DNA of 64,000 nucleotides from Halodesulfurarchaeum sp. (GTDB lineage Archaea > Halobacteriota > Halobacteria > Halobacteriales > Halobacteriaceae), in assembly GCA_034520565.1 (NCBI GenBank), contig JAXHNL010000002.1:1568001-1632000 (forward strand), given 5' to 3'. Below, in pieces: positions 8,884 through 20,536 of this stretch. The translations under genes were made by a program, and so were the position numbers. A model generated the notes under the pieces. It was given only the letters and a program-made list of their open reading frames with translations, did not search any database and was not told the origin of the DNA. Position 1 is the first letter of the stretch; each line of letters opens with the position of its first letter.

Positions 8884-10752
8884 TCAGTCGAACTGCTGGA
8901 TCTCTTCTCGGAGGACGTCCGAAACGACCTCCCCGTCGGCTTTTCCCCGCAGTGCCCCCATCGCTTCGCCCATGAGACCGGAAAACGCGCCCATTCCTTC
9001 TGCCTTCACCTGCTCTGCGTTCCGCTCGAGGACTTCTTTGACGGCTTCGCGCACTGCCGATTCGTCGACGCCGCCGACCCCCGCTTCATCGATGGCCGCC
9101 GCCACGTCGAGATCTGGAGTGTCAGCGAGTGTTCGCAACACGGACTGGACGCCCTCCTTGGCGAGGTCTCCGTCGCGAACTGCCCCGAGGACGTCGAGGA
9201 AGTGGGCGGTTGTCAAGTGGTCCACTGGTACGCCGTCCCGTCGGAGTTCCGTCGTCGTCGATTCGATGGTCGTCGCCGCGAGAGCCGGATCGACACCCGA
9301 TTGTACGGCCCGTTCGAAGGCCGGGAAGTTCCGCCCGAACGCGACCTGTTCGGCCAGTCCCGGGTCCAGGTCGTACTCCGCCACGTATCGGTCGACCTTT
9401 TCGTCGAGGAGTTCCGGCGTCTCTATTGTCCCGCGCTCGATTTTGACCGGCGGAACGTCCGTCTCGGGGTACATTCGCGCGGCGCCCGGAAGCGGCCGCA
9501 GATAGGACGTCGTCCCGTCCTCGAGTGCATCTCGGGTCTCCTCCGGGACGCCTTCGATGGCAGTTTGGGCCCGTTCAACTACGGCTTCGATCGCCAGTTC
9601 GGCGGTTTCCGTGCCGGCTGCGACGAGCGCGACTGCATCGTCATCAGTTGCTTCGACGGCGTCCCTGAGAGCTGTTACTTCAGCCGTCGTGATTCCGTAA
9701 GCCGGCAATTCGTCCGTGTGGAAAATGCCGCCTGCCCCGCTTCGCTTCGCGTGATCGGAGAGTTCGGTGCCGAGTCTGCGATCCGGTTGCACTTCGCGAC
9801 CCAACAGACCGTCGAAGCCGGCCAGTCGGACGGCTTTGACGGTGCTCCCGGACGAGAGTGCACTTGCGATGACGCCCGATTCGGTCGCTTCGAAAACTGT
9901 GGCGACATCCTGGGGCTCGTCGACGGCGGCGTCTCTGTCCTGAAGTTCCGCGGCGATTTCCAGGAGTTTCGCCTGTCGCTTTGCCTCTCCACGGACGATG
10001 TCCTCGATGCCGTCCAGGTCCTGGACTCCTTTCACTTCGACGCGTGCCCCTTCTTCGATGGACACGTTGACGTCCTGTCGAATGGTCCCGAGACCCCGTT
10101 TGACCGCCCCGGTAGAACGAAGGATCATCCCGATGTGCCCGGCGGCTTCTCGTGCCTGCTCCGGGCTCGTGATATCCGGTTTCGTTCCGATTTCGACCAG
10201 CGGCACACCCAGTCGGTCGAGGGAGAATACCACCCCCGAATCGGTTTCCTCGATCCGTCTCGCCGACTCCTCCTCGAGCATCAGATCCTCGATGCCGACA
10301 GTCCCCTCCGTCGTCTCGATCTCCCCGTCAGTGGCGATCAACGACGTCCGCTGGAAGCCCGACGTGTTCGACCCGTCGATCACGACCTTCCGCATTGGAT
10401 GGGCCTGATCGACCGGCGTCATCGAAAGCATGGTTGCGATTTCGAGGGTCGTCTCGATCGCCTCCTCGTCCATCGGGTGTGGCGGCTCGTCGTCCTCTTC
10501 GACCAGACAGGTGGTGTCGTAGCTCAGATATTCGAATTCGCGGTCAAGGCGGCTCTCCTCGAGCGCCGCATCGTCTATCTCGCCGAGTTCGCTCGCAGTC
10601 GGGTGAAGGTAGCGATGGAACTGACGGACTGCTTCGGATTCCTCTCGCTGGGTTGTCGGACAGCTACAGAAGAGCTTCGTGTCGGTGTCGAGTTGCTGGT
10701 GAATCTCGAGACCGGCGACCAGCCCCAGGTCCGCGGGATCGAAATCGGTCAT
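8884..10752 (-). CDS. gatE: Glu-tRNA(Gln) amidotransferase subunit E
   Basis: GLEIHQQL, RKVVIDGSNTSGFQRT, RGLGTIRQDVN, RMYPETD. Confidence 0.97.
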   Translation of the reverse strand: MTDFDPADLGLVAGLEIHQQLDTDTKLFCSCPTTQREESEAVRQFHRYLHPTASELGEIDDAALEESRLDREFEYLSYDTTCLVEEDDEPPHPMDEEAIETTLEIATMLSMTPVDQAHPMRKVVIDGSNTSGFQRTSLIATDGEIETTEGTVGIEDLMLEEESARRIEETDSGVVFSLDRLGVPLVEIGTKPDITSPEQAREAAGHIGMILRSTGAVKRGLGTIRQDVNVSIEEGARVEVKGVQDLDGIEDIVRGEAKRQAKLLEIAAELQDRDAAVDEPQDVATVFEATESGVIASALSSGSTVKAVRLAGFDGLLGREVQPDRRLGTELSDHAKRSGAGGIFHTDELPAYGITTAEVTALRDAVEATDDDAVALVAAGTETAELAIEAVVERAQTAIEGVPEETRDALEDGTTSYLRPLPGAARMYPETDVPPVKIERGTIETPELLDEKVDRYVAEYDLDPGLAEQVAFGRNFPAFERAVQSGVDPALAATTIESTTTELRRDGVPVDHLTTAHFLDVLGAVRDGDLAKEGVQSVLRTLADTPDLDVAAAIDEAGVGGVDESAVREAVKEVLERNAEQVKAEGMGAFSGLMGEAMGALRGKADGEVVSDVLREEIQQFD

Positions 10753-10786
10753 TGTATGTGGATCCGTGGGGCAGGGTTAAAATCGT

Positions 10787-12310
10787 TCAGACTCCGGACT
10801 CTCCGGAATTGGCGTCGGGTTGTTCCGCTCGTATTCCAAGCGAGACTAACAGCCGATCTGCAACGGTTTCCCGGAGTCGTTCGGCATCCTGGTCTGCAAT
10901 ATCGATTGCCTGGGCTTCCTGAGAGACGAATCCGGCCGAACTCGCCGTGTCGACGATGATCGTCCCGAGTTGCCACCGTCGCTGGAAGAGTGTCCGTCGA
11001 TCGATCACCGTCTGGACTCGGTCCGCCGGAACGACGTGCGTGCGTCGGCGCCAGAACCCGGTCCGGGTGACGATGTAGTCCGCGGGGAGTCCCCAGCCCC
11101 GATGCTGCCATTTCTTCCGTGCAGCGACCGGGACCGCCGCGTAGAGCATCCGTTGACCACGGAATCGGGGTCACGAGTCGGCTCACGACGAACCCGATTC
11201 CGAGCACCACCGTCACTGCGATCGCATACCTGAACGTGTATCGCCGTTTTGCCGCGGGCGCTGGACGGTCGAACGCGAGTTCGCCGAAGTGTTCGACGTC
11301 ACGGGCCAGTTCGAGGAGGTCCGCACGCTTTGCCAGGGGAACGGCAGATTCCGACCCGCTCGCGGACCCGGGACCGTACCCGGCCGTCTCGATCGAGAGC
11401 GAGGCGTACTCGAAATACCGCATCAGGAGGTTTTCTTCGACGACGACCGTCTGGATCTTCCCCTCCGGGATGCTTCCGTCGTACCGCTGAAGGAGGCCAC
11501 GTTCGTATCGGAGCTCTTCGCCGACCCGGACGAGGGTAAATCCGTAATAGCCGACGAACCTGGCAAACGCACTGAGAAGCCATACGCCGAGTGCGGCAGC
11601 CAGGACCGCAAGAAGGCCGAATAAGACGAGGAGCGTCGGTGCGAGTCCGTCCACGTACTCGGAAAAGAACGGAGCCCCGAACGGAACCACGACGAACAGG
11701 ACCGAGGCGACGCGGGGGTCAAAGGAGAGCAAACTGTAGAGGACGAGGGATTCGTCGTCGAGTTCGAAGATCACCTCCGCCTCGGATGGCTCAACTGATT
11801 TGCCCGTGGCAGACTCATCGATCTGTTCGCGTTCGTCGGACGCTCCTTCGAGCTGTCGCTTGCGGGTTCTAATCCCCTCTTGAAGACGCTTGGCTTCCGA
11901 AACCGAGACGAACTGGAGGGAGGCCTCCGTCGAACTTCCGCCGGCCGTTTCGATGCCGACTGCGGTAATATCGAGGGCACGCTGGACGATCGAACGTGTC
12001 ATATCCACGTTTTGAATGCGCCCGAGTGGAATTTCGCGCTCCCGGCGAAAGAGAACTCCCGACTCGATGTTCAGCGTCGCGTCGGTTAGTTCGTAGGTGA
12101 ACAGCCGATACCGGAGGACTTCGTAGCCGATCGCCCCCAGCCCGAAGAGCACTGCCAGAACCAGGCCCACTGGAAGCCACCGTGGAGCAATATTCATCGC
12201 TCGGAGCGGCGTTTGCGCCATCGAGCCGAGCACCGAGCCTGCAATCGCGAGTCCAAGTGCTCTGGCCCCGCCCTGATCGGGACGGTGAGGGGATGGAGTT
12301 TAGACGCCAT
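10787..12310 (-). CDS. Bacterial-PH-domain membrane protein, YdbT-like (apparent frameshifts near 12267 and 11150)
   Basis: MASKLHPLTVPIR start at 12310; REIPLGRIQNVD, IETAGG, KIQTV and RVQTV bPH_2 repeats spread over three frames. Confidence 0.75.
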
Positions 12311-12756
12311 CGTCTGCGTCGTGTTCGCCCGCGAGCGAGCGGAGTTGTTCCTGGAGAGATTCGGCCCGTTCCGGAACGAGTCCCGGAATCGTCACATCTG
12401 CGCCGCGCGAGCCCGCGGACACACGACGACCGGCTCGAACCGATAGTGCGTTCGAGTGGATTTCGCTGGGTGTCGACGTGCTGGACCCGCACGAACGGGA
12501 CAACCGTCCTCACCCGTGTTAGGACGCCCCGATGGAGGAACAGGGCGTCGGACTGGACTTCGAAGCGCCACAGGCGAAATCGGAGGTGTGCGTGGACGAG
12601 GAGCACTCCGGCCACGACGACGAGGACGGCGAGCGCGAGGGAGGGATCCCGGTTGAACCAGAAGAGGCCTCCTGCGACGATGGCTGCGAGGACCACACCG
12701 GTGAACAACGCAAGGAGGCCCCAGATGATTTGAACGTGGGGGTTGAGTCGTTCCAT
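12300..12756 (-). CDS. Bacterial-PH-domain membrane protein, YdbS-like (apparent frameshift near 12435)
   Basis: MERLNPHVQIIW, 2 TM, VPFVRVQHVDTQRNPLER, then SAGSRGADVTIPGL in another frame. Confidence 0.78.
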
Positions 12757-12869
12757 ACGTGTGGTGGCGGTGTGCTCCCTCTTCAAAGAACGGGTCACGG
12801 AGTCAGACGCATGGAGGTAATTCGCGATGGGCCGAGACCCACCCGGCCGAAATCGAAACGTCGCCGTTT

Positions 12870-14280
12870 TCAGTCTGTCAGGATCCCCGGCTGCGGTCAT
12901 CGCCAGCGGATCGATGACCTCATCGGCCTCGCTCTCGGTAAGGTAGCCACGAGACACGGCCGCCTCGTGGATCGAAACGCCCTCCTCGAGGGCAGCTTTG
13001 GCCACTTCGGCGGCGGCGTCGTACCCGATTGCGGGATTCAATGCCGTCGCGAGTGCCAGGCTCCGTTCGACCTGTTCGGTACAGACGTCTTCGTTCGCCT
13101 CGAGTTTGGCGACGAACCGGTTCCCGAACGTTTCCGCACCGTTCGCAAGCAGGCGAGCGGACTGGAGGAACGTCGTCGCGATGACGGTCTTGTAGAGGTT
13201 GAGATCGAGTTGTCCGCCAGCACCGCCCTTCGCGACTGTCGCGTCGTTGCCGACGATCCGTGCGTGAATCTGATTGACGGATTCGGCCACCACCGGGTTG
13301 ATCTTTCCCGGCATGATCGATGAACCGGGCTGGTTCTCCGGCTGGGAAAGTTCGCCGAGGCCGTTCCTCGGACCGGACGCCAGCAATCTGAGGTCGTGGG
13401 CGATCTTGTCGAGTGAGCCCGACACGGTCCGCAGCGCTCCGTGGGCCTGGCCCATCGCGTCGTGGGCTGCCTGGGCTTCGAAGTGATTGTCCGCCTCGCG
13501 GAATTCGATTCCAGTCTCGTCGCTGATCTGCTGGATAGCTCGCTCGGCGAATTCCGGATGCGTATTGAGTCCAGTCCCAACGGCGGTTCCCCCGAGAGCC
13601 AGTTCCGCGAGGTCAGCCGTGATGGCGTCGATCCGATCGATCCCCTTCTCGACCTGTGTCCGGTAGCCCCCGAACTCCTGTCCGAGTCTGACAGGAGTCG
13701 CATCCTGGAGGTGCGTGCGCCCGGTTTTAACGATCCCATCGAATTCGGATTCCTTTTCGGCGAGTCGGTCTCGAAGGGTTTCGAGTGCCGGTTCGACAGC
13801 GTGCTCGACGGCTTCGAGGGCGGCGACGTGCATTGCCGTGGGAATCACGTCGTTCGATGACTGGCCGAAGTTCACGTGGTCGTTGGGATGGACAGTTTTG
13901 CTCCCGACCTCGGCCCCCAGAAGCTCGCTCGCCCGGTTGGCGATGACCTCGTTCGCGTTCATGTTCGTGGAGGTACCCGAGCCAGTCTGGTAGACGTCGA
14001 CAGGGAACTGATCGTCGTGTTCGCCGTCGATTACTTCCGTGGCGGCTGCCTGGATCGTTTCAGCAGTATCTTCCGGGATCAGGCCGAGGTCGGCGTTGGC
14101 CCCGGCCGCTGCCTTCTTGACCACGCCGAGGGCGCGCACGAATCGCCGGTCCATCGGTTCGCCGCTGATCGGAAAGTTTTCGACCGCCCGCTGGGTCTGT
14201 GCCCCCCAGTACGCGTCTGCCGGGACGGCGATCTCGCCGAGACTGTCGGTTTCGATCCGTTCCTCGTTGGAGTCTGCCAT
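12870..14280 (-). CDS. fumC: Class II fumarate hydratase (1-nt insertion near 12893 removes the natural stop)
   Basis: YWGAQTQRA, QTGSGTS, GRTHLQDA, GSSIMPGKINP; removing one base gives the end MTQPGILTD* at 12870. Confidence 0.92.
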
Positions 14281-14342
14281 GGAGGGGCTTCGACGAGCGG
14301 CGACGTAAATCCCGTTGACTTGCAGAGCTTGGGGTCACCTGG

Positions 14343-15326
14343 TCAGGTGAACTGATCGAGCCCGGTCTGCGTGAGCGCCTCCTCGAGACGATCGAAGCCT
14401 CGAGTTACTTCGTCGGCTGGAATCTCCCAGGTGTCCGTGACGTATTCCCGGGCGGCCCCGAGGTCGGGGTCGACGTCGAGATCGATGTCGTAGTCCTCGG
14501 TCACGTTCGGATCCAGGAACAGTTGTCGAATTCGGTCTGCGTGCTCGATGTACTCGTCTTCGGCCTCGAGGACACCCCAGAGGTCGCCGTGTTCCGTAAC
14601 GGCCGAGAGGGCGGTCTTGGGCCCGAATCCGAGCAATCCCTCGTTGAAGTCAGTCCCACAGAGGATTCCGACGTCCACGAGTTGGCTCCAGGTGATCTCG
14701 TGTGTGGCGAGCGTCGCTTCGAAGTCCATCACCTCGGGATCGTCGCTCGTGGTCAACTTACGGAGCGTCAGTGGAGCCCCCAACAGAAGCGTGTCGTAAT
14801 CTTCGCTGCCCGCGTAATCAATCGCGGGATCGTTTCGAACCATTGCAGCTGCCTGGGCCTCCCCTTCTGCCGGGGCCTCGACGATCGGGACGTCGAGTCG
14901 TTCGAGCAATTCCCGGGTCGTTCGGTGAATCACGTCAGTTAGCCGCTGAGTACGGGATTCGAGCCGGGCGGCCGCGATCGAATCGCCGGCCGCTTTCGCT
15001 TCTTCCATCCGGGTTTCGGCCTCCGCTCGCTTCTCGCGGCGTCGTTCGACCTCTTCGGACTTGAGTTCAGTCACACCACCGTCGAAGACGAACACGGGGG
15101 TGAGATCGTTCTCGAAGAACTTCGGGAGTCCCTGCACCACGCCAATGAGGTTCGCCACCTCTACCCCATCCGTCGTGGTGTAGACGTCCTCTCGCGTGAA
15201 CTTGACCGTGGTCGTGAGATAGCGATAGAGCCAATTGTGGGCGTCGACAGCCACCACAGTTCCCTCGAGGTCCTCGGAGGGCACCTCGGAGATGACAGCC
15301 AGTTGTCGAAGATCAGCGAGTCCCAT
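14343..15326 (-). CDS. fen1: Flap endonuclease 1
   Basis: [39 protein letters not shown]. Confidence 0.96.
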   Translation of the reverse strand: MGLADLRQLAVISEVPSEDLEGTVVAVDAHNWLYRYLTTTVKFTREDVYTTTDGVEVANLIGVVQGLPKFFENDLTPVFVFDGGVTELKSEEVERRREKRAEAETRMEEAKAAGDSIAAARLESRTQRLTDVIHRTTRELLERLDVPIVEAPAEGEAQAAAMVRNDPAIDYAGSEDYDTLLLGAPLTLRKLTTSDDPEVMDFEATLATHEITWSQLVDVGILCGTDFNEGLLGFGPKTALSAVTEHGDLWGVLEAEDEYIEHADRIRQLFLDPNVTEDYDIDLDVDPDLGAAREYVTDTWEIPADEVTRGFDRLEEALTQTGLDQFT

Positions 15327-15882
15327 TATCCTCCCGTTCGGTCGAGGGGGCAAAAGGAATACCGTTCACCGTGGGCGGAAGCTCGGCTTCTTCGAGCCAG
15401 GACGCTACCGGTTCCTGTTCGCGTTCGGGAAGGTCCCGGTTGGCAAAGAGCGTCAATCCAGCCCGGTAGGAGTCCGGATCCCGCTCGCCGGGTGCTTCGA
15501 GGACGAGTTCGGCGACCCCGGTTTCCCGGCCGGTAAAGTGATAGCCGGCCTTGGAGAGTGCCCGGTACGCGATCGGGTTGTTGACGGCGATCGTCACTCG
15601 TTCGTACTCGTGGTCGAAAAGCGTCTCCGTGAGCCTTCTTGCCAATTCGGTGCCGAGTCCCTCGCCCTGGCGTTCCGTTTTGACGGTCATGTAGCGGATC
15701 CAGGCCTGTTCTGGGGTCTCGCGGTCACCGTTGAACGCTGCTGCAGCGACGATTTCATCATTTGACCGCAACACGGCCTTTCCCGTGTTCGTCATCTCGA
15801 ACTTCCCGGCGTAGCTGAACGCCTGCCAGTCGAGAGTCAGTGACGGCCCGTCCGGGGGAAAGCCCAACACCTCGTACTCCAT
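15313..15882 (-). CDS. GNAT family N-acetyltransferase
   Basis: RQGEGLG acetyl-CoA motif; [15 protein letters not shown]. Confidence 0.8.
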   Translation of the reverse strand: MEYEVLGFPPDGPSLTLDWQAFSYAGKFEMTNTGKAVLRSNDEIVAAAAFNGDRETPEQAWIRYMTVKTERQGEGLGTELARRLTETLFDHEYERVTIAVNNPIAYRALSKAGYHFTGRETGVAELVLEAPGERDPDSYRAGLTLFANRDLPEREQEPVASWLEEAELPPTVNGIPFAPSTEREDNGTR

Positions 15883-15933
15883 CGATTCGCCGTTAGCGGG
15901 CGACTCATAAGGTTCCATCCCTTGCCTGTCAGC

Positions 15934-16501
15934 GTGCACGACGTCCCGTACTTCGATCGGTTTGCCCCGCTGTATGACCTGGTGATGCCCGAAACGGATG
16001 CGGCACCACTCGACGCGGGATCTTGGGCTGGCCGATCGCCGAATAGCGACCGTTCTCGACCTCGGTGGCGGGACTGGTCGAGCCGGGCGAGCGATCGGAC
16101 CGGAAACCGTGATTTTCGACGCGAGCGAACCGATGCTCTCCAGGGCGACGGCAAACGGGTATCCCGCGGTTCGTGGAGACGTTCGTTCGCTCCCGCTCGA
16201 TTCGGAAAGCGTCGACGCGGTCGTCTCCGTCGACGCGATTCACCACTTGCCGGCGATCGAGTCGGTCATCGCGGAGGTCGAGCGGGTACTCCGACCGGGC
16301 GGCGTATTCGTCGTTCGCGACTTCGACCCCACGACGGTTCGGGGGCGAGGACTGTCACTTGCGGAACGGGTCGTCGGCTTCGAATCGACGTTTTTCCCCG
16401 TCGAAACCGTGGTCGATCGCTTCGAAGAAGCCGACCTCGTAACCACGGTTCTGGGGTCTGGATTCGTGTACACCGTCGCCGGTCGGAAGCTACGCGAGTG
16501 A
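15934..16501 (+). CDS. Class I SAM-dependent methyltransferase (apparent frameshift near 16021)
   Basis: FDRFAPLYDLVMP N-terminus joins VLDLGGGTG...VERVLRPGG after removing one base. Confidence 0.8.
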
Positions 16502-16503
16502 AT

Positions 16504-17613
16504 TTACACGAGGAAGGGACCCAGTCCAAGCGCCTCGACGAGTGTGAGTCCACCAGCTACCGCCCCGAGCAGATATCCGAGAATTGCCCCGCCGTTGAGT
16601 AACGGCAGTCCGGCGTGTGGTCTGCCTTTCGTGACGAAATAGAGCAGCGCAAGCAAGCCGAGGAGCGTCCCGATCATGGCACCGAGAGCGGCGTATTCGA
16701 GACCGAGAACCGTCGGCATTTCGAGGAAGGTCGCGGCGCTAACGACGAGAATCGTCGGGATCACCACGTCGCCGAGGCCGATGAAAAAGGCGTCGCGGTC
16801 GAGCGGGTTATCCGGGTCCTCCGTCGCCGATCCCCCCGCGTCCGCAGGATCTGCCGACCCCGCGTCCGCAGCATCTGCCGACCCCGCGCCCGCAGCATCT
16901 GCCGACCCCGTGTCAACAGCATCTGCCGACCCCATGTCAGCAGGATCTCCCGTCTCAGATTCGCCTGGATCCGTCGTCTCCTCGGCGGTGTCGAGGTCCG
17001 CGGCCATCTCCCGAAACGAAAAGGAGCGGGTCGTCGGGAGGATGATCAAGACGGGAACACGGAGTTCCATCACCCCCGAAGCGAGTGTCAGCATGTGTTC
17101 GGTGCCGTAGACGCTGATCGCATCGTACACGGCAAGAACCGTCAGGAGGAGCAACACCGGAAGCACGTCGAGACTGATACCGAAGAGGGCGGCCGCACCC
17201 ATACCCATGACGAGGCCGGCCGCGTCGATGACCCACCATTCCGGATAGAGGGCCAGTCCGAGCACGATTACCGCTCCGCCCAGAAGTGCACCCAGATGAA
17301 GCGTTCCCGGTTCGCCCACGATCGGTGGCACGAAAATCGAGAAGACGTAGGCGCTAATGAGGCCGCTGGTCAGCACGATGAACGCCCGAAGGACCCGGGT
17401 CAAGTCGTACTTCATGAGAAGGAGCATGCCGACCGTCGCGACCAGCAACACCCCGATGTAGAGGATCGAATTGGCCGGATCGGTGGGGTCCTCGACGGCC
17501 TGGTATTCGGCAACAGTGAAGGGTTCCTGCAACCAGAGCGCACCGATTTGGACGGCGAGGAAAAATCCAACGGCCCCGAGCATGGCCGCGGCAATCCGGC
17601 GTCGAGAGGTCAT
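16504..17613 (-). CDS. Presenilin/SPP-family intramembrane aspartyl protease (PSH)
   Basis: ~9 TM; catalytic YD (AVYDAI) and GxGD (IGLGD); PHAGLPLL. Confidence 0.9.
   Translation of the reverse strand: MTSRRRIAAAMLGAVGFFLAVQIGALWLQEPFTVAEYQAVEDPTDPANSILYIGVLLVATVGMLLLMKYDLTRVLRAFIVLTSGLISAYVFSIFVPPIVGEPGTLHLGALLGGAVIVLGLALYPEWWVIDAAGLVMGMGAAALFGISLDVLPVLLLLTVLAVYDAISVYGTEHMLTLASGVMELRVPVLIILPTTRSFSFREMAADLDTAEETTDPGESETGDPADMGSADAVDTGSADAAGAGSADAADAGSADPADAGGSATEDPDNPLDRDAFFIGLGDVVIPTILVVSAATFLEMPTVLGLEYAALGAMIGTLLGLLALLYFVTKGRPHAGLPLLNGGAILGYLLGAVAGGLTLVEALGLGPFLV
16826..16948. repeat. 24-bp in-frame tandem repeat inside the PSH gene
   Basis: ATCTGCCGACCCC at 16849, 16873, 16897 and 16921 plus degenerate flanks; encodes GSADA-containing octapeptides. 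Confidence 0.9.
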
Positions 17614-17730
17614 GGGGAATGCTACTGTCGAGGACTCCTTTGTACTTCCGAACGCTCCATCCACGGTTATCGCTTCGAATTCACGACGGGTTCCGCCGTG
17701 AGCAATTCAATCCACCCACCCACCCACTCT

Positions 17731-17967
17731 TTACCGATCCGGACGCCAGTAAAGCGGCTTTTGAAGCAGGGGGGCCGTTGCGACCGAACCGTTCGGCGAG
17801 ACGGCCAAATACGGGTTTTCGATGGGTCCGAACACGTCGACCACGCGACCGACAGTCTCGAGGGATTCGTCGATTGCGGCCGCCCCGATCGGGGCAGGAT
17901 CGGTCGATGCCGCGCTGAGGACGAGGAGATTGCCGGCGATCCTGGTGACCGTGCCGAGTCGTTCCAT
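17731..17967 (-). CDS. gar1: H/ACA RNP subunit Gar1
   Basis: VGRVVDVFGPIENPYLAV; directly downstream of srp19. Confidence 0.9.
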   Translation of the reverse strand: MERLGTVTRIAGNLLVLSAASTDPAPIGAAAIDESLETVGRVVDVFGPIENPYLAVSPNGSVATAPLLQKPLYWRPDR

Positions 17968-18248
17968 CAGTCCCTGAGCACCTGAACGTACGCTGCGACG
18001 CCCTGTAACAGGTCGCTCTTCCCGGAGTCGTCCGCGTTTTTGACGGCGACTCGACCAGTGCGCTCCTGTGGAGAACGGGAATACGCCAGGTCAGGTTCGA
18101 TGACGGCGTCGTAGCCGACCTGCTGGACCGCCTCCGCGATCTCCTCGACGGTGGGGTCGGGAACTGCCAGCGATTCCGGCACGCGACGCCCCTCGCTCCG
18201 GGAGCGGGAGGCGTCGAAGTAGGCCGGCCAGATGATGTTTTCCACCAT
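17967..18248 (-). CDS. srp19: Signal recognition particle protein SRP19
   Basis: [24 protein letters not shown]. Confidence 0.95.
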   Translation of the reverse strand: MVENIIWPAYFDASRSRSEGRRVPESLAVPDPTVEEIAEAVQQVGYDAVIEPDLAYSRSPQERTGRVAVKNADDSGKSDLLQGVAAYVQVLRD

Positions 18249-18341
18249 TTGGGAGTTACTATCCGGCCGAACGGGAAACCGTTGACGGAGTTCGCTACAT
18301 CGAACGGACCATCTAAACGCCCGGCCAGCATACTGGCTCTC

Positions 18342-20466
18342 ATGAATATGCGCTCGGTCACAGCGATATTCGTTGCCGTCCTCCTTGTCGGTTCGCTTGG
18401 CGGTCTCTCGTTCCCTGTCGGAGCCGAATCGGGACCGGCCGATCCGGCACCCGTCGTGGGACACAACGCCGATCTGGTATCCGCAGATCCGACGGACTCG
18501 CTCTCGGGTGAGACCGTCGGAGCGACCACCGACGAAAACACGCTTACGCGGACCGTCACGTTCGCGTTGCGACCGGCCGAACCCGGCATCGTCACCGCTG
18601 AAATGCAGTTCGAGATTCCGGACCAGGTAGTCGAGTTGAAAACGGCCATTCCGACGAACGCGAGCGTGGAGGCGACCACGGGCTTCGAGCCGACCGGAGA
18701 CGGGAACTATTCCTGGGACGAAACCACTGCCAATCCGTCGGTGAGCCTCGCGTATTCGGTGAATCGGACCGGTGCCTATCAACGAAGCCAGACGAGAGAA
18801 ATCCGGCACCAACCGACAAATCAGGTCACTGATACGGACCCGGGTTACACGTTCGTCGGTACGGGCGACTGGGCAATTGCGTCAGTTCCGGGAGCTGCGG
18901 TCTGGTGGTCGTCGTATCGGAACTCCCCCCGGGTAACGTTCGAAGGACAGACGGCAGTCGACGGGGCTGGTGTCGCCGGGGACAGGATGGTGTTTCTCGG
19001 CGAGCATTCGAGCGTGACGAGGACGGTCGACGGGGTCCCGATAACGCTGGTCGTGCCTGCCGCTGCAACGCTCGAACCCACCGAAGCGGCCGTGCTCGAT
19101 TCGATCGAGGCTGCCTCCCCGTACCTCCCTGACAGCCCGAACGATCGAAGCGTCGTCATTGCCGCCCCAACGAACGTCGATTGGGGACCGTACGGCCTGG
19201 CTGACCGAAGCGACACGTGGGTGCGAGCCGACGAGCCACTCGACGTTCCAGGAAACGTCTGGCTCCACGAATTCGTTCACCTCCGGCAGGATTTTCGCAC
19301 CGAGTTGGACGCACGGTGGATCAGCGAGGGGATGGCCGAATACTACGCCGGGTATCTGACACTCGAACAGGGTCTCATCGACTTCACCGAGTTTCGCGAG
19401 TACCTCGATCGTGGGACCAGATCACGGTATGACGAGACGATCCTCTCCGAACCCGAGACGTGGAATTCGCTTGGAAACTACGTCAAAGGAGCACTCGTCT
19501 ACGGGACGATCGACCGGCAGGTTCGGGTCGACACTGATGGTGCCTACACTGCACGATACCTCTTCGAGCGGATGAACGGGCGAACGACCCGGATCGACCA
19601 GTCGTTCCTGAACGCGGAAATCGAGGATCTCGTGGCGCCTGGAACCGCAACCGAACTGGAGGCTTTCGTGACGACGACACAGACCCCTGAAATGTGGTCA
19701 CGCTCCGATCACCGGGCCGCGTTTGGGACGGAACCACCCGAAATAGTGACGACAGTCGAGACTCCGATGGAATTGACGGGTCCGTACCGGAACCAGTCGG
19801 TCGACTCGATCCCGACACTCGTCCCGGAAGAACGACTTTCGATTCCGGTCACTGTGACGAACGACGGGGGCGAAACCGGGACGTACGAGGTGCAGTTGAC
19901 CGTCGATGGCGTTCCTGTCGCAAACGCGACTGGGACCCTCGAAGGCGGCCAGTCTGATAGCAGTCACTCTCGACTACACGTTCGAGAACGACGGGACGTT
20001 CGACCTTGCGATCGGGGAGGAGTCCTGGACGGTCTCCGTTCGTGAGCCGGCGACACCGGTTGTGGACAGTCTCCACGTGTCTCCCACCGAAGTCGAGGCA
20101 GGCTCGACGATTTCCGTTACTGTCACGATATCGAACCCGGAAGCCTGGCCCGCCACGGGCGCGATCACCTCGTCGGTGGACGGAGCGCAAATCTCGACCT
20201 GGACCCTGAACCTCGACGTGAACGAAACCGTCGAACGAACTGCGGAGGCAACGTTGAGCGATCCCGGCGAGTATATCGTGGAAGCGGGATTGATGACAGA
20301 ACCGGTAACCGTCCTCGACTCTCAGGCGACGACAGTCGCCGAAACGACGCCGGGAGGGTCATCACCGACGACTGGTGAACGGACGGTCGAAACGACGACC
20401 CCCGGGTTTACCCTCCTGACTACGGTCCTCGCCCTGCTGCTCGCCGGCGGCCGCCTCGTCCGGTGA
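18342..20466 (+). CDS. Cell-surface HExxH metallopeptidase-like protein with CARDB repeats and PGF-CTERM (frameshift near 19962)
   Basis: Signal peptide; WLHEFVH...WISEGMAEY...YVKG; [13 protein letters not shown]; [23 protein letters not shown]-terminus lies in the next frame. Confidence 0.78.
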
Positions 20467-20536
20467 AACCGGCCTCCAAGTTGCCATACGTTCCGCAACG
20501 TTTATTATGTATCACAATTCTACCTTCCGATGACAC

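Noticed and set aside
11869-14280. 803-aa ORF that looks like a fumarase-PH-domain membrane fusion
   Set aside because: A single extra base near 12893 removes the fumC stop; the downstream part has its own ATG (12756) and is a separate YdbS-like gene.
16826-16948. Possible CRISPR-like repeat
   Set aside because: 24-bp period without unique spacers, in frame within a coding region.
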